Positions 49,953 through 59,533 are shown, counted from the first letter of the stretch. The stretch: DNA of 64,000 bases from Candidatus Cloacimonadales bacterium (GCA_963662655.2 CAXXTU010000002.1:1536001-1600000), one strand, 5' to 3'. Made by a program: numbers and translations. Notes: a model not told the origin generated them from the letters alone.

Positions 49953-50291
49953 TCACAGAAGCCGCGAAGACTTGGTCGGTTTGGGCGTTTTCACGACAAG
50001 GATCCTCAGCGTTGAACCCGAGCGATTGTGCCAGCAGTGCGGGATACTCTTCGGGCTTTCGATCAGCGTGTCACGAACCACTTCGAGACTCTCGTCGCCA
50101 ACATCCACGACTCCGGTACCTTCCAGAACATAAAAGAACACATCAACAGGTGTGATATGGGGAATCAGGGACTCTCCGGGCTCGAGCGTAATGTGCATAA
50201 CCTGAGCGTTTTCTTTTTCGTATATTTTGCTGACTTTCACCTTGTGAGGCGTTTCAAGCAATTTTGCCATCTTGTATGTCATGATATTCAT
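49953..50291 (-). CDS. Cupin domain protein
   Basis: LEPGE...H.TP.D..FYVLEG.G, P...PH..N. Confidence 0.85.
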   Translation of the reverse strand: MNIMTYKMAKLLETPHKVKVSKIYEKENAQVMHITLEPGESLIPHITPVDVFFYVLEGTGVVDVGDESLEVVRDTLIESPKSIPHCWHNRSGSTLRILVVKTPKPTKSSRLL

Positions 50292-50339
50292 GATTTCTCC
50301 TTTTTTCATCGAAATGCGCTCGAAGACAATAATGTCCCG

Positions 50340-50430
50340 TTTCCGCTTTGAAAGAGTATTTGCTATAGTTCAAAGCTGTAGAATCATTTCGATTTCCAAT
50401 CACGGGGCAAATACTCTTCCAAAGCGGAAA
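50340..50430. repeat. 24-bp inverted repeat (23/24 match) with 43-nt spacer
   Basis: TTTCCGCTTTGAAAGAGTATTTGC ... GCAAATACTCTTCCAAAGCGGAAA. Confidence 0.85.
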
Positions 50431-50487
50431 GCGTCCCAAAATCGCTGCGCGATCCCACCCATTGATGCGAGCGCATTTCGAGAGAGT

Positions 50488-50516
50488 GGGAGGCTCGAGA
50501 TGAATTCGAGCCTCCC
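50488..50516 (-). other. GC-rich hairpin just after the hcp stop
   Basis: GGGAGGCTCGA-7nt-TCGAGCCTCCC, no clear U tract. Confidence 0.6.
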
Positions 50517-50525
50517 GGATTGCGT

Positions 50526-52151
50526 CTATTTTCCTGCCATCATAGCAGCCACGTCGTCTTCGACGGAGCCGATAGGTTTAATGTCGAAGTTTTCCACGAG
50601 CACCTTCGCGACGTTGGGCGAGAGGAACGCCGGCAGGGTTGGCCCGAGGCGGATTCCCTTCACGCCGAGGAAGAGCAGCGCGAGCAGCACCGCAACGGCC
50701 TTTTGTTCGTACCAGGCAATGTCGAAGGAGATGGGCAGGTCGTTGATGTCGTCGAGCCCGAAGACCTCCTTGAGCTTGAGGGCAATGACCGCGAGCGAAT
50801 AGGAGTCGTTGCACTGACCGGCATCCAGCACGCGCGGGATTCCTCCGATATCGCCCAGATCGAGCTTGTTGTAGCGATACTTGGCGCATCCTGCGGTGAG
50901 GATGACGGCGTCCTTGGGAAGCGCTTCCGCGACTTCGGTGAAATAGGTGCGAGACGGGAATCTGCCGTCGCAGCCGGCCATCACGACGAATCGTTTGATC
51001 GCTCCTGATTTGACTGCTTCCACGACCTTGTCCGCGAGCTGCATCACCTGATGATGCGCAAATCCGCCGACGATCTCGCCCTTCTCGATCTCAACGGGTG
51101 GCTTGCACTTCTTGGCCAGTTCGATGATTTCGGAGAAGTCCTTCCTGCCGCCCTCGGGACGGTTCGGGATGTGTTTCACGCCCGGGTAGCCGACGATCCC
51201 GGTGGTGAAGATGCGATCCTTGTACGAATCCTTTACCGGGACGATGCAGTTGGTGGTCATGAGGATGGGGCCGTTGAACGACTCGAACTCCTCGTTCTGT
51301 TTCCACCATGCGTTGCCGTAGTTGCCCACGAAGTGGTCGTATTTCTTGAATGCGGGGTAGTAGTTGGCGGGAAGCATTTCGCTGTGGGTGTAGACGTCCA
51401 CGCCGGTGCCTTCAGTCTGTTCGAGCAGTTCCTGCATGTCCTTCAGGTCGTGACCGGAGATGAGGATGCCGGGGTTGTTGCGGACGCCGATATTGACCTT
51501 CGTCAGCTCCGGATTGCCGTAGGTGGAGGTGTTTGCCTCGTCGAGGAGCGCCATGGTGTTGACTGCGACTTCGCCTGTCTTGAGGGTAAGTGCGATCAGA
51601 TCGTTGATGGGAATATCCTTCGTGGTGGCCGCCATCGCCTCAATGATGAAGCTGTAGATATCCGGATTCTCCTTGCCCAGCACGGCGGCGTGTTCGCCAT
51701 ACGCGCAGATGCCCTTGATTCCGTAGGTGATCAGCTCGCGCAGAGAGCGGACGTCTTCGTTTTCGGTCTGTAACACGCCGACAGTTTGCGACTTCGCGAT
51801 TATATCCGCTTCGTTGTCCGAATACCACGTGGCGCAGTCCGGTAGATCACTCGTGACGTTGAATTTCGACTTGAGGGATTCCCGCAGTTTGAGAGCGGCC
51901 TTGATCTGCTTTAAAAGATCGTCGCGGTCGAAATTGGCGTTGGTGATGGTCTTGAACATGGATTCCATGAAGAATTTGCCTGTGATTGAATCGACCGGAT
52001 GGCCCGATTTTTCCTGAATTACGGCTGCGCCCTTGAGCGTGTAGATCAATAAATCCATCATATCAGAGGTTTCCGCGGATTTTCCGCAGACACCCTTCGC
52101 GAAACGGCAACCCTTGTTGCCTGCATTTTCCTGACACTGGTAACAGAACAT
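50526..52151 (-). CDS. hcp: Hybrid cluster protein (hydroxylamine reductase)
   Basis: MFCYQCQE...GC...[41 protein letters not shown]. Confidence 0.97.
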   Translation of the reverse strand: MFCYQCQENAGNKGCRFAKGVCGKSAETSDMMDLLIYTLKGAAVIQEKSGHPVDSITGKFFMESMFKTITNANFDRDDLLKQIKAALKLRESLKSKFNVTSDLPDCATWYSDNEADIIAKSQTVGVLQTENEDVRSLRELITYGIKGICAYGEHAAVLGKENPDIYSFIIEAMAATTKDIPINDLIALTLKTGEVAVNTMALLDEANTSTYGNPELTKVNIGVRNNPGILISGHDLKDMQELLEQTEGTGVDVYTHSEMLPANYYPAFKKYDHFVGNYGNAWWKQNEEFESFNGPILMTTNCIVPVKDSYKDRIFTTGIVGYPGVKHIPNRPEGGRKDFSEIIELAKKCKPPVEIEKGEIVGGFAHHQVMQLADKVVEAVKSGAIKRFVVMAGCDGRFPSRTYFTEVAEALPKDAVILTAGCAKYRYNKLDLGDIGGIPRVLDAGQCNDSYSLAVIALKLKEVFGLDDINDLPISFDIAWYEQKAVAVLLALLFLGVKGIRLGPTLPAFLSPNVAKVLVENFDIKPIGSVEDDVAAMMAGK

Positions 52152-52161
52152 GTATTCCTCC

Positions 52162-52977
52162 TTATTTGATTTGTCCGTCGATGGTTACGATGTTGAGCTT
52201 TACGAATAGAATCTTGCCTGCAAGTTCAAGCGCTTTGCGAACGATCATCTCGGTTCCGCCGCAGCAGGGAACCTCCATTCGCACGATGGTGATGGACTGG
52301 ATGTCCTGATTTCTGAAAATCTCCGCCAGCTTTTCGATGTACTGGTCAAGTCCCTTGTCCAGCTTGGGACAAAATGTTATTACGACTTTGCCGTTCATGA
52401 ACTTATGGTGAAAATCCGCATAGGCATAAGGTACGCAATCCGCGCTGATCAACAAGTCGGCTTTTTTCAAGTACGGCGCGGAAGGGTTGAGCAGATGAAG
52501 CTGTACCGGCCAGGTGCGCAACAGGGACGGCATCTCGCGCGGCTCAATTTTTTTTTGCTCAGCTTCGATCTTTTTCGCCGCGCTACCGGGGCACCCTCCT
52601 TCAACGCTGCACGACTTGTTTTCGAGCTCGGGAATCGCAACTCCGCGCTCCCTGAGGCTTTCCAGCGCTTGCGAAAGGTACACCAGTTCACCGTGATCCT
52701 TCAGGTGCTGGAGGTGCGCCTTGATTGTGGCGGGACCCGCTTCGATGATGTAGGGCAGCACCTTCCGCTCGTCGTATGGCTCCGCCTCGCGTTCCTCGAT
52801 CGAGATCGCACCCAACGGGCACTCTCCGATGCACGCGCCCAGACCGTCACACAAGTAATCCCCTACCAGACGGGCCTTGCCGTCGATGAGCTGCAGCGCG
52901 CCTTCCGGGCAACCCGGGATGCAGGCTCCGCAGCCGTTGCATTTGCTTTCGTCTATCGTGATAATCTCTCGTTTCAT
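52162..52977 (-). CDS. 4Fe-4S binding protein
   Basis: [54 protein letters not shown]. Confidence 0.88.
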   Translation of the reverse strand: MKREIITIDESKCNGCGACIPGCPEGALQLIDGKARLVGDYLCDGLGACIGECPLGAISIEEREAEPYDERKVLPYIIEAGPATIKAHLQHLKDHGELVYLSQALESLRERGVAIPELENKSCSVEGGCPGSAAKKIEAEQKKIEPREMPSLLRTWPVQLHLLNPSAPYLKKADLLISADCVPYAYADFHHKFMNGKVVITFCPKLDKGLDQYIEKLAEIFRNQDIQSITIVRMEVPCCGGTEMIVRKALELAGKILFVKLNIVTIDGQIK

Positions 52978-53004
52978 TTTATCTCCACTGTGCTTTTTGC
53001 ATTT

Positions 53005-53026
53005 TTGTTTGTGAATACTCACTAAC
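53005..53026. promoter_or_regulatory. Putative TetR operator 1
   Basis: Imperfect palindrome GTTTGTGAATACTCACTAAC; 20/22 identical to the inverted copy at 53700-53721. Confidence 0.72.
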
Positions 53027-53067
53027 TCTTTTTATTATACAAATATGTAGCGCTTTCCATTTCATTT

Positions 53068-53649
53068 TCAGCTTTTCAAAAGGGTTCGCAGTGATTGAAT
53101 CAAGGAATGTCCCTCTTCCACCAGATCGAACCGGTTCCCTTCGAGAATCCAGCGCGTTACCAGCAAGCGCAGGGCTCCCACGGTGATCATGAAGATGTGG
53201 TCGAAGGCGATGTCGTTGCGAAGTTGTTTGCTTTCGGAGGCTTCCTGCAGCGCTCCGCGGATGAAAACGCGGTGCTGCTTCATCATGGCGAGCATCATTC
53301 CCGCGAGTTCCTCTTCCATGCTGAAGTTCGATTCGTTCATCAGGACTTTCGCCCAGGTCGGGTGCGTGGTGAAGTAGTGGAACCGCATCGCGAAGAACGC
53401 GTCCAGCTTGTCGATTCCCGCCAGGCTCCGATGCTCGATCTCCTCATGAATCTCTCGCATCCGCTCATCGAAGCAGCGAATGATGGTCGCGAGGATATCC
53501 TTCTTGCTTTCGAAGTGGCGATACACCGCCGGTTCGGTGAAGCCGATCGCCTTCGCGAGGTTCTTGATCGTCAAATTCTGCACGTCGCGGGTGGCGATGA
53601 GCTCCACCGCCTTTTCGATGATCTCTGTCTGTCGTTCGGTCAGTTCCAT
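53068..53649 (-). CDS. TetR/AcrR family regulator
   Basis: RQ.EII..A..LI...LTIKNLAKAIGFTEPAVYRHFESK. Confidence 0.92.
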   Translation of the reverse strand: MELTERQTEIIEKAVELIATRDVQNLTIKNLAKAIGFTEPAVYRHFESKKDILATIIRCFDERMREIHEEIEHRSLAGIDKLDAFFAMRFHYFTTHPTWAKVLMNESNFSMEEELAGMMLAMMKQHRVFIRGALQEASESKQLRNDIAFDHIFMITVGALRLLVTRWILEGNRFDLVEEGHSLIQSLRTLLKS

Positions 53650-53699
53650 TTATACTCCACTTTCGCTGTTTCGTTTTCACTTCGTGAAAGCCGAACGCT

Positions 53700-53721
53700 G
53701 TTAGTTAGCATTCACAAACAA
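53700..53721. promoter_or_regulatory. Putative TetR operator 2 (autoregulatory)
   Basis: GTTAGTTAGCATTCACAAACAA about 50 bp upstream of the tetR start. Confidence 0.7.
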
Positions 53722-53891
53722 GATATTCCAGAACGCTCGGGATGTCAAATAGTTTTTTTCCCGGCTGCTGTATTACGCGCTATGCAATGCCCGGCAATCT
53801 ACAGCCATGGCTTTGTAACAGCCTGCGCCGAAAATACATTGACACATGAATCCCCCGCATTAAGAAAAGGAAAACGTATTGGAGAGATGAT

Positions 53892-55634
53892 ATGGCGGAG
53901 TGGGTAAGATATGAGGTGGGCAAACGTGTGCACAGACCACATTCAAGAATTTCAGATAGGAAGCAATTTGAATATCGTATTGAAGTACTTTTCATTAATG
54001 AAGATGGCGATATTGTTGAGAACAAGAAGTATTCTTTAGCATCAAATAAAGATATCCAGAAAGATATCCAAGCAGGAAAAGACATCAACCTAACACATTG
54101 TTTCATAGAGAGATTATCTATAGGACTAAGCGAGAAAGACATATTGTATGAAAACCATATAGATATTAAGAGTATTATAGCTGTCGACTCCTTTTTTGAT
54201 AACGGGATTAAGCTCTCAGGTGCACATATACAAGGTCTCGTTTCTTTCAGCTATTCTCGATTTGGTTACGGCATAAAAGAGTTTGAAAGAATGGTTTTCA
54301 AAAAGGGAGTCAGTTTTAGCCAGACTCATTTCTTTGATGGCCCAATATCATTCTATAAGACAGAGTTTTATGGGAAAATGATTCAATTTAATGGCATGGA
54401 TTATGGAGACGGAAATATAAACTTTTCCAATACTACCATAAAATGCGACGGCTTCGATATGAGCTATGCAAAATTTCTTCATGGCCACATTTCATTTAAA
54501 TTCTCCAAACTAAACTGCAGCAATATATATTTTACAAACATAGATTTTGGCATTGGCAATGTGATATTCGATTTTGCTATTTTCGATGCACCTCTCGTGT
54601 CTTTTAGTGAATCTATATTCGATAGCGGATTTATAAGTTTTGATACAACCGAGTATAAAGGCAAGCTGTTGGATTTTACTCGAACAGAATTCACAAATAG
54701 TAAATTGAATTTCAGGGGAGGTGATTTCGATAACTCCAGCATTAACTTCCACCTGACCAGTTTTACTGACTGCAAGCTTGAAATGTATCAGTTTGCTATT
54801 AATTACGGCGACGCAGTCTTCAGAGGAGTTACCTTAAACAATTCTATAATTAATATCCAATCCTCATTTATCAAGCTAATCATTATTGATTCATTAATGT
54901 TAAATAACCCCGCGAGCCTTAAAGATTCAAATTTCAATTATGTCAAAATGACCAATTGTACATTCTATGATATAATAGATCTTACAAACACAACAATTGA
55001 CACCCTCATACTTCAGGACTGTCTGAACCTCGGATGCCTGAAAATCAAATGGAAAGAAAACAACCTTGAAAAAGCAATTGAATCACTTATTGATTACAAG
55101 GAATGCAGCAACCAACACCACCGCGCCGCCGAAACCGCCCTCCTCCTGAAAGAAAACTTCCGTAAGATGGGGCGATACGAGGACGAGGATTGCGCGTATT
55201 ATACCTATATGAAGCATCAAATACGATACGAATATCTTGAAGGAAAGAAAGATAAGCATCGTATCTGGAATTGGACGAAATTCCAGTTCAAGAAATGGAT
55301 TTATGAAAGACTGGGTGGGTATGGTACAAAACCATTCAATATCTTCGTATCAATGCCGTTTGCTATCGGCGCATTTGCGGCAATTTATTGGTACGTAGTT
55401 TCAAAATGCCATCTTGGGTCTACGGCTTTCAAAGATGTTACATTGACAGATTACAGTCTGGAAACATTTACTCAAATGCTCTACTACAGCGCAATTACTT
55501 TTCTTACAATTGGGTATGGAGATTTCTCACCGATCAATCCCTGTATTCGCGCCCTGGCCAGCTTCGAAGGGCTGATTGGGCTGCTGCTGATATCCTACTT
55601 CACAATCGCGTTTTCACGTAAGGTCCTGCGCTAG
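53892..55634 (+). CDS. Pentapeptide-like repeat protein fused to a two-TM potassium-channel domain (AT-rich gene)
   Basis: Periodic (I/V)xFxxxxF repeats; C-terminal TM-LYYSAITFLTIGYGD-TM selectivity filter. Confidence 0.8.
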   Translation: MAEWVRYEVGKRVHRPHSRISDRKQFEYRIEVLFINEDGDIVENKKYSLASNKDIQKDIQAGKDINLTHCFIERLSIGLSEKDILYENHIDIKSIIAVDSFFDNGIKLSGAHIQGLVSFSYSRFGYGIKEFERMVFKKGVSFSQTHFFDGPISFYKTEFYGKMIQFNGMDYGDGNINFSNTTIKCDGFDMSYAKFLHGHISFKFSKLNCSNIYFTNIDFGIGNVIFDFAIFDAPLVSFSESIFDSGFISFDTTEYKGKLLDFTRTEFTNSKLNFRGGDFDNSSINFHLTSFTDCKLEMYQFAINYGDAVFRGVTLNNSIINIQSSFIKLIIIDSLMLNNPASLKDSNFNYVKMTNCTFYDIIDLTNTTIDTLILQDCLNLGCLKIKWKENNLEKAIESLIDYKECSNQHHRAAETALLLKENFRKMGRYEDEDCAYYTYMKHQIRYEYLEGKKDKHRIWNWTKFQFKKWIYERLGGYGTKPFNIFVSMPFAIGAFAAIYWYVVSKCHLGSTAFKDVTLTDYSLETFTQMLYYSAITFLTIGYGDFSPINPCIRALASFEGLIGLLLISYFTIAFSRKVLR

Positions 55635-55656
55635 CGGCCACCCGGCGCTCCACACG

Positions 55657-55823
55657 CAGATTCGTTCGATCGTGAGCGGAATCGTGGTGTTTCACACCCG
55701 ATTTTCGGCTTTCGTGCAACGAATACGAGATCTTCGAACGAAAGTCAATCGCGGAGCGAAAATACGAGAGTGGATGATCGGGTGTGGTATATCCACGATG
55801 GAGCGAGGGATCGGGCGAAGGTG
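55657..55823 (+). repeat. Intergenic hairpin element copy 6 (subtype A, 167 nt)
   Basis: Near-identical to 15749-15915; between convergent genes. Confidence 0.92.
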
Positions 55824-55899
55824 CGTAGTGGCAACCACCCCGCAGCAATCAACTCCCTTCCCCCATCCTGCTAATCGTGCGAATCGTGTGAATCGTGAT

Positions 55900-56682
55900 T
55901 CAAACCCCTCCCCTGAACGTGTCCCACGCGATCTTCACAAACAGCAGCGCCAGTACAGCGATAAACACGGGGCGAATCACTCTTCCGCCCTTCTTCAGTA
56001 CAAAGCTCGATCCCACAACGTTCCCGCTAACTCCCGCGACCATCGCCGGGATCCCCACGTAGAACAACACCTTGCCGGCGATCAGGAACGAAATGAGCGC
56101 TGCCACATTGGAAGCGAGATTCACCACCTTGGTGTTGGCGTTCGCGGTAATGAAATCGTACTTCAGCATGACCGTGTAGAACAGGATCAGAAAGGAACCC
56201 GTCCCCGGACCGAAGAAGCCATCGTAAAACCCGACTACGAATCCCGCAAGCATCGCGAGCTGAATGCGCTTCCGGCGCGAGATTTTCCCCGAGTGGTTCT
56301 CATGCCCGAGCTTGCGATTCATCAGGTAAAGCACCGTCACGACGGGAAGCATCACCAGCAAAATGTAGCGCAGGAAACCCGGATCGAGAACCAGCACCGT
56401 ACGAGATCCGGAGAAGGAACCAACCAGCGCAAACACAGCGCTCAGCACCGCGATACGCACATCGATAAGACCGTGTTTGAGATAGCGCGCGGTTGAAAAG
56501 AGGGTTCCGAACATCGAGGAGAACTTGTTGGTTCCCAGCACATAATGCGGCGGAAGCCCGGCTGCCATGTACGCGGGAACGGTCAGGAGTCCCCCGCCTC
56601 CTGCAATGGAATCAACGATTCCCGCCAGGAAGACGAGCGGAAGAACAATCAGATAGATTTGAAACAGTTCAGGCGGTATCAT
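55900..56682 (-). CDS. TSUP (TauE/SafE) family transporter
   Basis: AGIVDSIAGGGGL, LGTNK, GFYDGFFGPGTGSF. Confidence 0.9.
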   Translation of the reverse strand: MIPPELFQIYLIVLPLVFLAGIVDSIAGGGGLLTVPAYMAAGLPPHYVLGTNKFSSMFGTLFSTARYLKHGLIDVRIAVLSAVFALVGSFSGSRTVLVLDPGFLRYILLVMLPVVTVLYLMNRKLGHENHSGKISRRKRIQLAMLAGFVVGFYDGFFGPGTGSFLILFYTVMLKYDFITANANTKVVNLASNVAALISFLIAGKVLFYVGIPAMVAGVSGNVVGSSFVLKKGGRVIRPVFIAVLALLFVKIAWDTFRGGV

Positions 56683-56802
56683 ACGGTTTTTCGATTGAAA
56701 TGCCGTAGATTCATTGGATACATCAATCGGATAATTCTCTCTAAAAACAATTTCCGTCTCCTCTATTTTCCTATCTCATGATTTGCCAAAGCGGAAATTG
56801 TG

Positions 56803-57768
56803 TCATTCATCGGTTTCGGGCGAAGGCGGAAGGTCGTACTTCTCTTCGGGAGAAGCCTTTGCCCCCGGCTTTCCTTCCGGGATATTGTTGTAAAAACGCG
56901 TGGTGGGATAGGCGAAATCAATATCCGGGCACTTGGCGAACTCATCGAGTATTTCCTCCCAGATTCGCTCGCTGGTTCCCCTGCGGCTGCGTACCTTTGT
57001 CAGATAACGTAGCGTCAGGAGCACACCGCTGTCTTCCACCGATGTATATACGATCGGCGTAAGATTCTTATAGAATATCATGTATTTCTTTGCCGCAAGC
57101 TGTATTTGCTTCGAGACATCCTTGCTGATATCCTTGGAATGCCTAACGATAATATCCGTGAGAATATTCTTTGCCTTCCTCCAGTTACTCTCGAATGTGA
57201 CCAGCACAGGAATTTCGTTCCAGATGTAGTCAAATCCCTTCTGATAATTGGAAAGCGGTTGCTGGAAGACCAATCCGTTGGGAATGTTGATCATACGCCC
57301 GGTACTTTGGTCGGCGTGCACCCAGTTACCGATTTCCAAAATCGTGAACATGAACGGGGCCTGATCGATCACATCGCCGGCAAAATCGCCAATCTGGATG
57401 CGGTCTCCAACGCGGAATGGCGTGCGACTGATGATGAAAATCCAGCCCGCGAGATTCACCAGAAAGTCTTTTAGGGCAATCGCGACACCTGCTGATAGAA
57501 GCCCGAAGAAAGTTGCCAGAGATTGCATCCCCGCGAACCATTGCCTGCCAATCAGGAGCAGTCCGATAAACATGGTGAAATAGGATACTGTTTTTCGCCA
57601 GTTGTAGCGGGTTTTAATGTCCGTAATTCTTGAGAGAAGAAGGTGATTGATAATTATACGAACAATAGTTAATAGTAGAATGATCAGAATCGAGATGATC
57701 AATTTGGTCATCGAGGATTCGTCAAACTTCAGAAAAATTTGTTGCGCTTCCTTCAGAAATTGCGTCAT
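56803..57768 (-). CDS. Small-conductance mechanosensitive channel (MscS family)
   Basis: GLLSAGVAIALKD...N..G, PFRVGDRIQIG..GDV, IPN. Confidence 0.9.
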   Translation of the reverse strand: MTQFLKEAQQIFLKFDESSMTKLIISILIILLLTIVRIIINHLLLSRITDIKTRYNWRKTVSYFTMFIGLLLIGRQWFAGMQSLATFFGLLSAGVAIALKDFLVNLAGWIFIISRTPFRVGDRIQIGDFAGDVIDQAPFMFTILEIGNWVHADQSTGRMINIPNGLVFQQPLSNYQKGFDYIWNEIPVLVTFESNWRKAKNILTDIIVRHSKDISKDVSKQIQLAAKKYMIFYKNLTPIVYTSVEDSGVLLTLRYLTKVRSRRGTSERIWEEILDEFAKCPDIDFAYPTTRFYNNIPEGKPGAKASPEEKYDLPPSPETDE

Positions 57769-58943
57769 TCATTTAATCCTTTAACAGCCCATTTAAGCCT
57801 GTCCAATGCCGTTATCAGCACACTCGCCGGACACGCGAAATTCAGCCGGGCGAATCCGCTGCCGTTCGTCCCGAAAATGGTTCCCGGATCGTGAGCGATC
57901 TTCGCCTTTTCAAACCAGAATTTCTCGAGCTCTGCATCGGTTAGCCACAGTGCACGGCAATCCAGCCACGCCAGATAGGTGCCTTCCGGTTCGATCAGCT
58001 TGATCTGAGGGATGTTTTCTTGCAAGTACTCGCGAATGATTTTCAAATTGTTCCGCAAATAGTCAAGCAATTGTTCCAGCCATTCCTCGCCCTCTTCGTA
58101 AGCTTTCTCGAGCCCCAGCGTCCCGTAAAGGTTGCCGATATACACGCCGGTCTGGAACCTTACTTGGTCGAACTTCTCGCGCATTTCTCCATTCGGAATA
58201 ACGATGAAAGATGTCGAGAGCCCCGCCAGATTGAAGGTCTTGCTGGGAGCATAGCAACTGATGGTGTTGCTTTTGAAGCGTTCGTCGAGCGTCGCCAGCG
58301 ACCGGTAGCGATGGGGCTTGAAGACGATGTCGTAATGTATGTCATCGGAGATAACCGGCACATTGTGAGCGAGGCACAGCTCTCCAAACTTCCGTAGCTC
58401 TTCTTCTGTCCAAACACGCCCCACCGGGTTATGCGGATTGCACAAGATTGCCAGGGAAATGCCTTGACTCAGCTTCGCTTCCATATCCGCGAAGTCCATT
58501 TCGTAGCGGTCAATGTCGTTGATGAGCGGATTCTCGACCACTACGCGTCCGTTGGCCTCGATTACCTCGAAGAAGGGGCGGTACACCGGCGTCTGTATCA
58601 GAACGCGATCCCCGGGGTTTGTATAAGCTATAATGCTGAACGCAAGCGCTGGGATCACGCCCGGAGTTGTTGAAATCCATTCCTTTTCTACCGCCCATCC
58701 ATGCCGGCGGTTCATCCACCCGATGATTGCCTTGTAGAAGGAATCCGTGTTTCCAGAATATCCGAAAATCCCATGCCGGGATCGCTCCACAAGCGCGTTG
58801 ATAACCGGCTGCGGGCAGAGAAAATCCATGTCCGCCACCCACATTGGAAGCGCGTCGCCACACCCCAGAAACGCATGGGCGAAATCCCACTTGATCGATG
58901 CGGTGTCGCGACGCTCTATAATTTGATCAAAATCGTATTTCAA
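57765..58943 (-). CDS. PatB/MalY family PLP-dependent C-S lyase
   Basis: PMWVADMDF, LCNPHNPVGRVW, SDDIH, APSKTFNLAGL, EGTYLAWLD, RLNFAC; TTG start. Confidence 0.92.
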   Translation of the reverse strand: MKYDFDQIIERRDTASIKWDFAHAFLGCGDALPMWVADMDFLCPQPVINALVERSRHGIFGYSGNTDSFYKAIIGWMNRRHGWAVEKEWISTTPGVIPALAFSIIAYTNPGDRVLIQTPVYRPFFEVIEANGRVVVENPLINDIDRYEMDFADMEAKLSQGISLAILCNPHNPVGRVWTEEELRKFGELCLAHNVPVISDDIHYDIVFKPHRYRSLATLDERFKSNTISCYAPSKTFNLAGLSTSFIVIPNGEMREKFDQVRFQTGVYIGNLYGTLGLEKAYEEGEEWLEQLLDYLRNNLKIIREYLQENIPQIKLIEPEGTYLAWLDCRALWLTDAELEKFWFEKAKIAHDPGTIFGTNGSGFARLNFACPASVLITALDRLKWAVKGLNE

Positions 58944-58978
58944 TCCGATACCTCTTTCATTTCATTTCATGGGGTATC

Positions 58979-59533
58979 TCACTCAACCTCCTGATACCTG
59001 TCAACAAAAACGAATTCGTTAAGCGGCTTTCTTGGCGCACGCGTTTCTTCTTCCTCTTTCCGCTTTGGATTACCGGAGAGATCGGCCTTTTTCCCAAAAC
59101 ACACCAGCGTAATGACATTGTAGTCACCCGGGATTTTCAGCACTTCACGCACCTTTCTCGGGCTATATCCGGCTATCGCATGAGCCACAAGTCCCAATTC
59201 CGTCGCACGAAGCATCATGAAACCCGCGCTCAGTCCGGTGTCGAAGAGGTAATACTCGCGATCGTGGATAACGCAGTCGTCCTCTTTCTTGCTGAACACC
59301 GCCGCGACCATCGAGGCGTCATGGCACCACTCGTTACCCTGTGAATAAACGGATTTCATCTCATCCAACACTCTCGGATCCCTCACGAATACGTAGCGCC
59401 AGGGCTGATTGTTGTAGCACGAAGGCGCTAATTGCGCCGCTTCCGACAAGTGCCGGATCATCTCGTCGGTGATTTCCACCTGCTCAAGCGCCCGATGCGA
59501 TTTCCTTGTATGTATTGCATCTATAACTGACAT
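58979..59533 (-). CDS. Nitroreductase family protein
   Basis: AI.TRKS.R, AQLAPS..N.QPW.Y, D.G......L.A..LGL. Confidence 0.9.
   Translation of the reverse strand: MSVIDAIHTRKSHRALEQVEITDEMIRHLSEAAQLAPSCYNNQPWRYVFVRDPRVLDEMKSVYSQGNEWCHDASMVAAVFSKKEDDCVIHDREYYLFDTGLSAGFMMLRATELGLVAHAIAGYSPRKVREVLKIPGDYNVITLVCFGKKADLSGNPKRKEEEETRAPRKPLNEFVFVDRYQEVE

Noticed and set aside
15749..55823. Hairpin repeats as a CRISPR array or classical integron cassette array
   Set aside because: Copies are kilobases apart with housekeeping genes between them; no cas or intI gene, no repeat-spacer periodicity, no RYYYAAC/GTTRRRY cores
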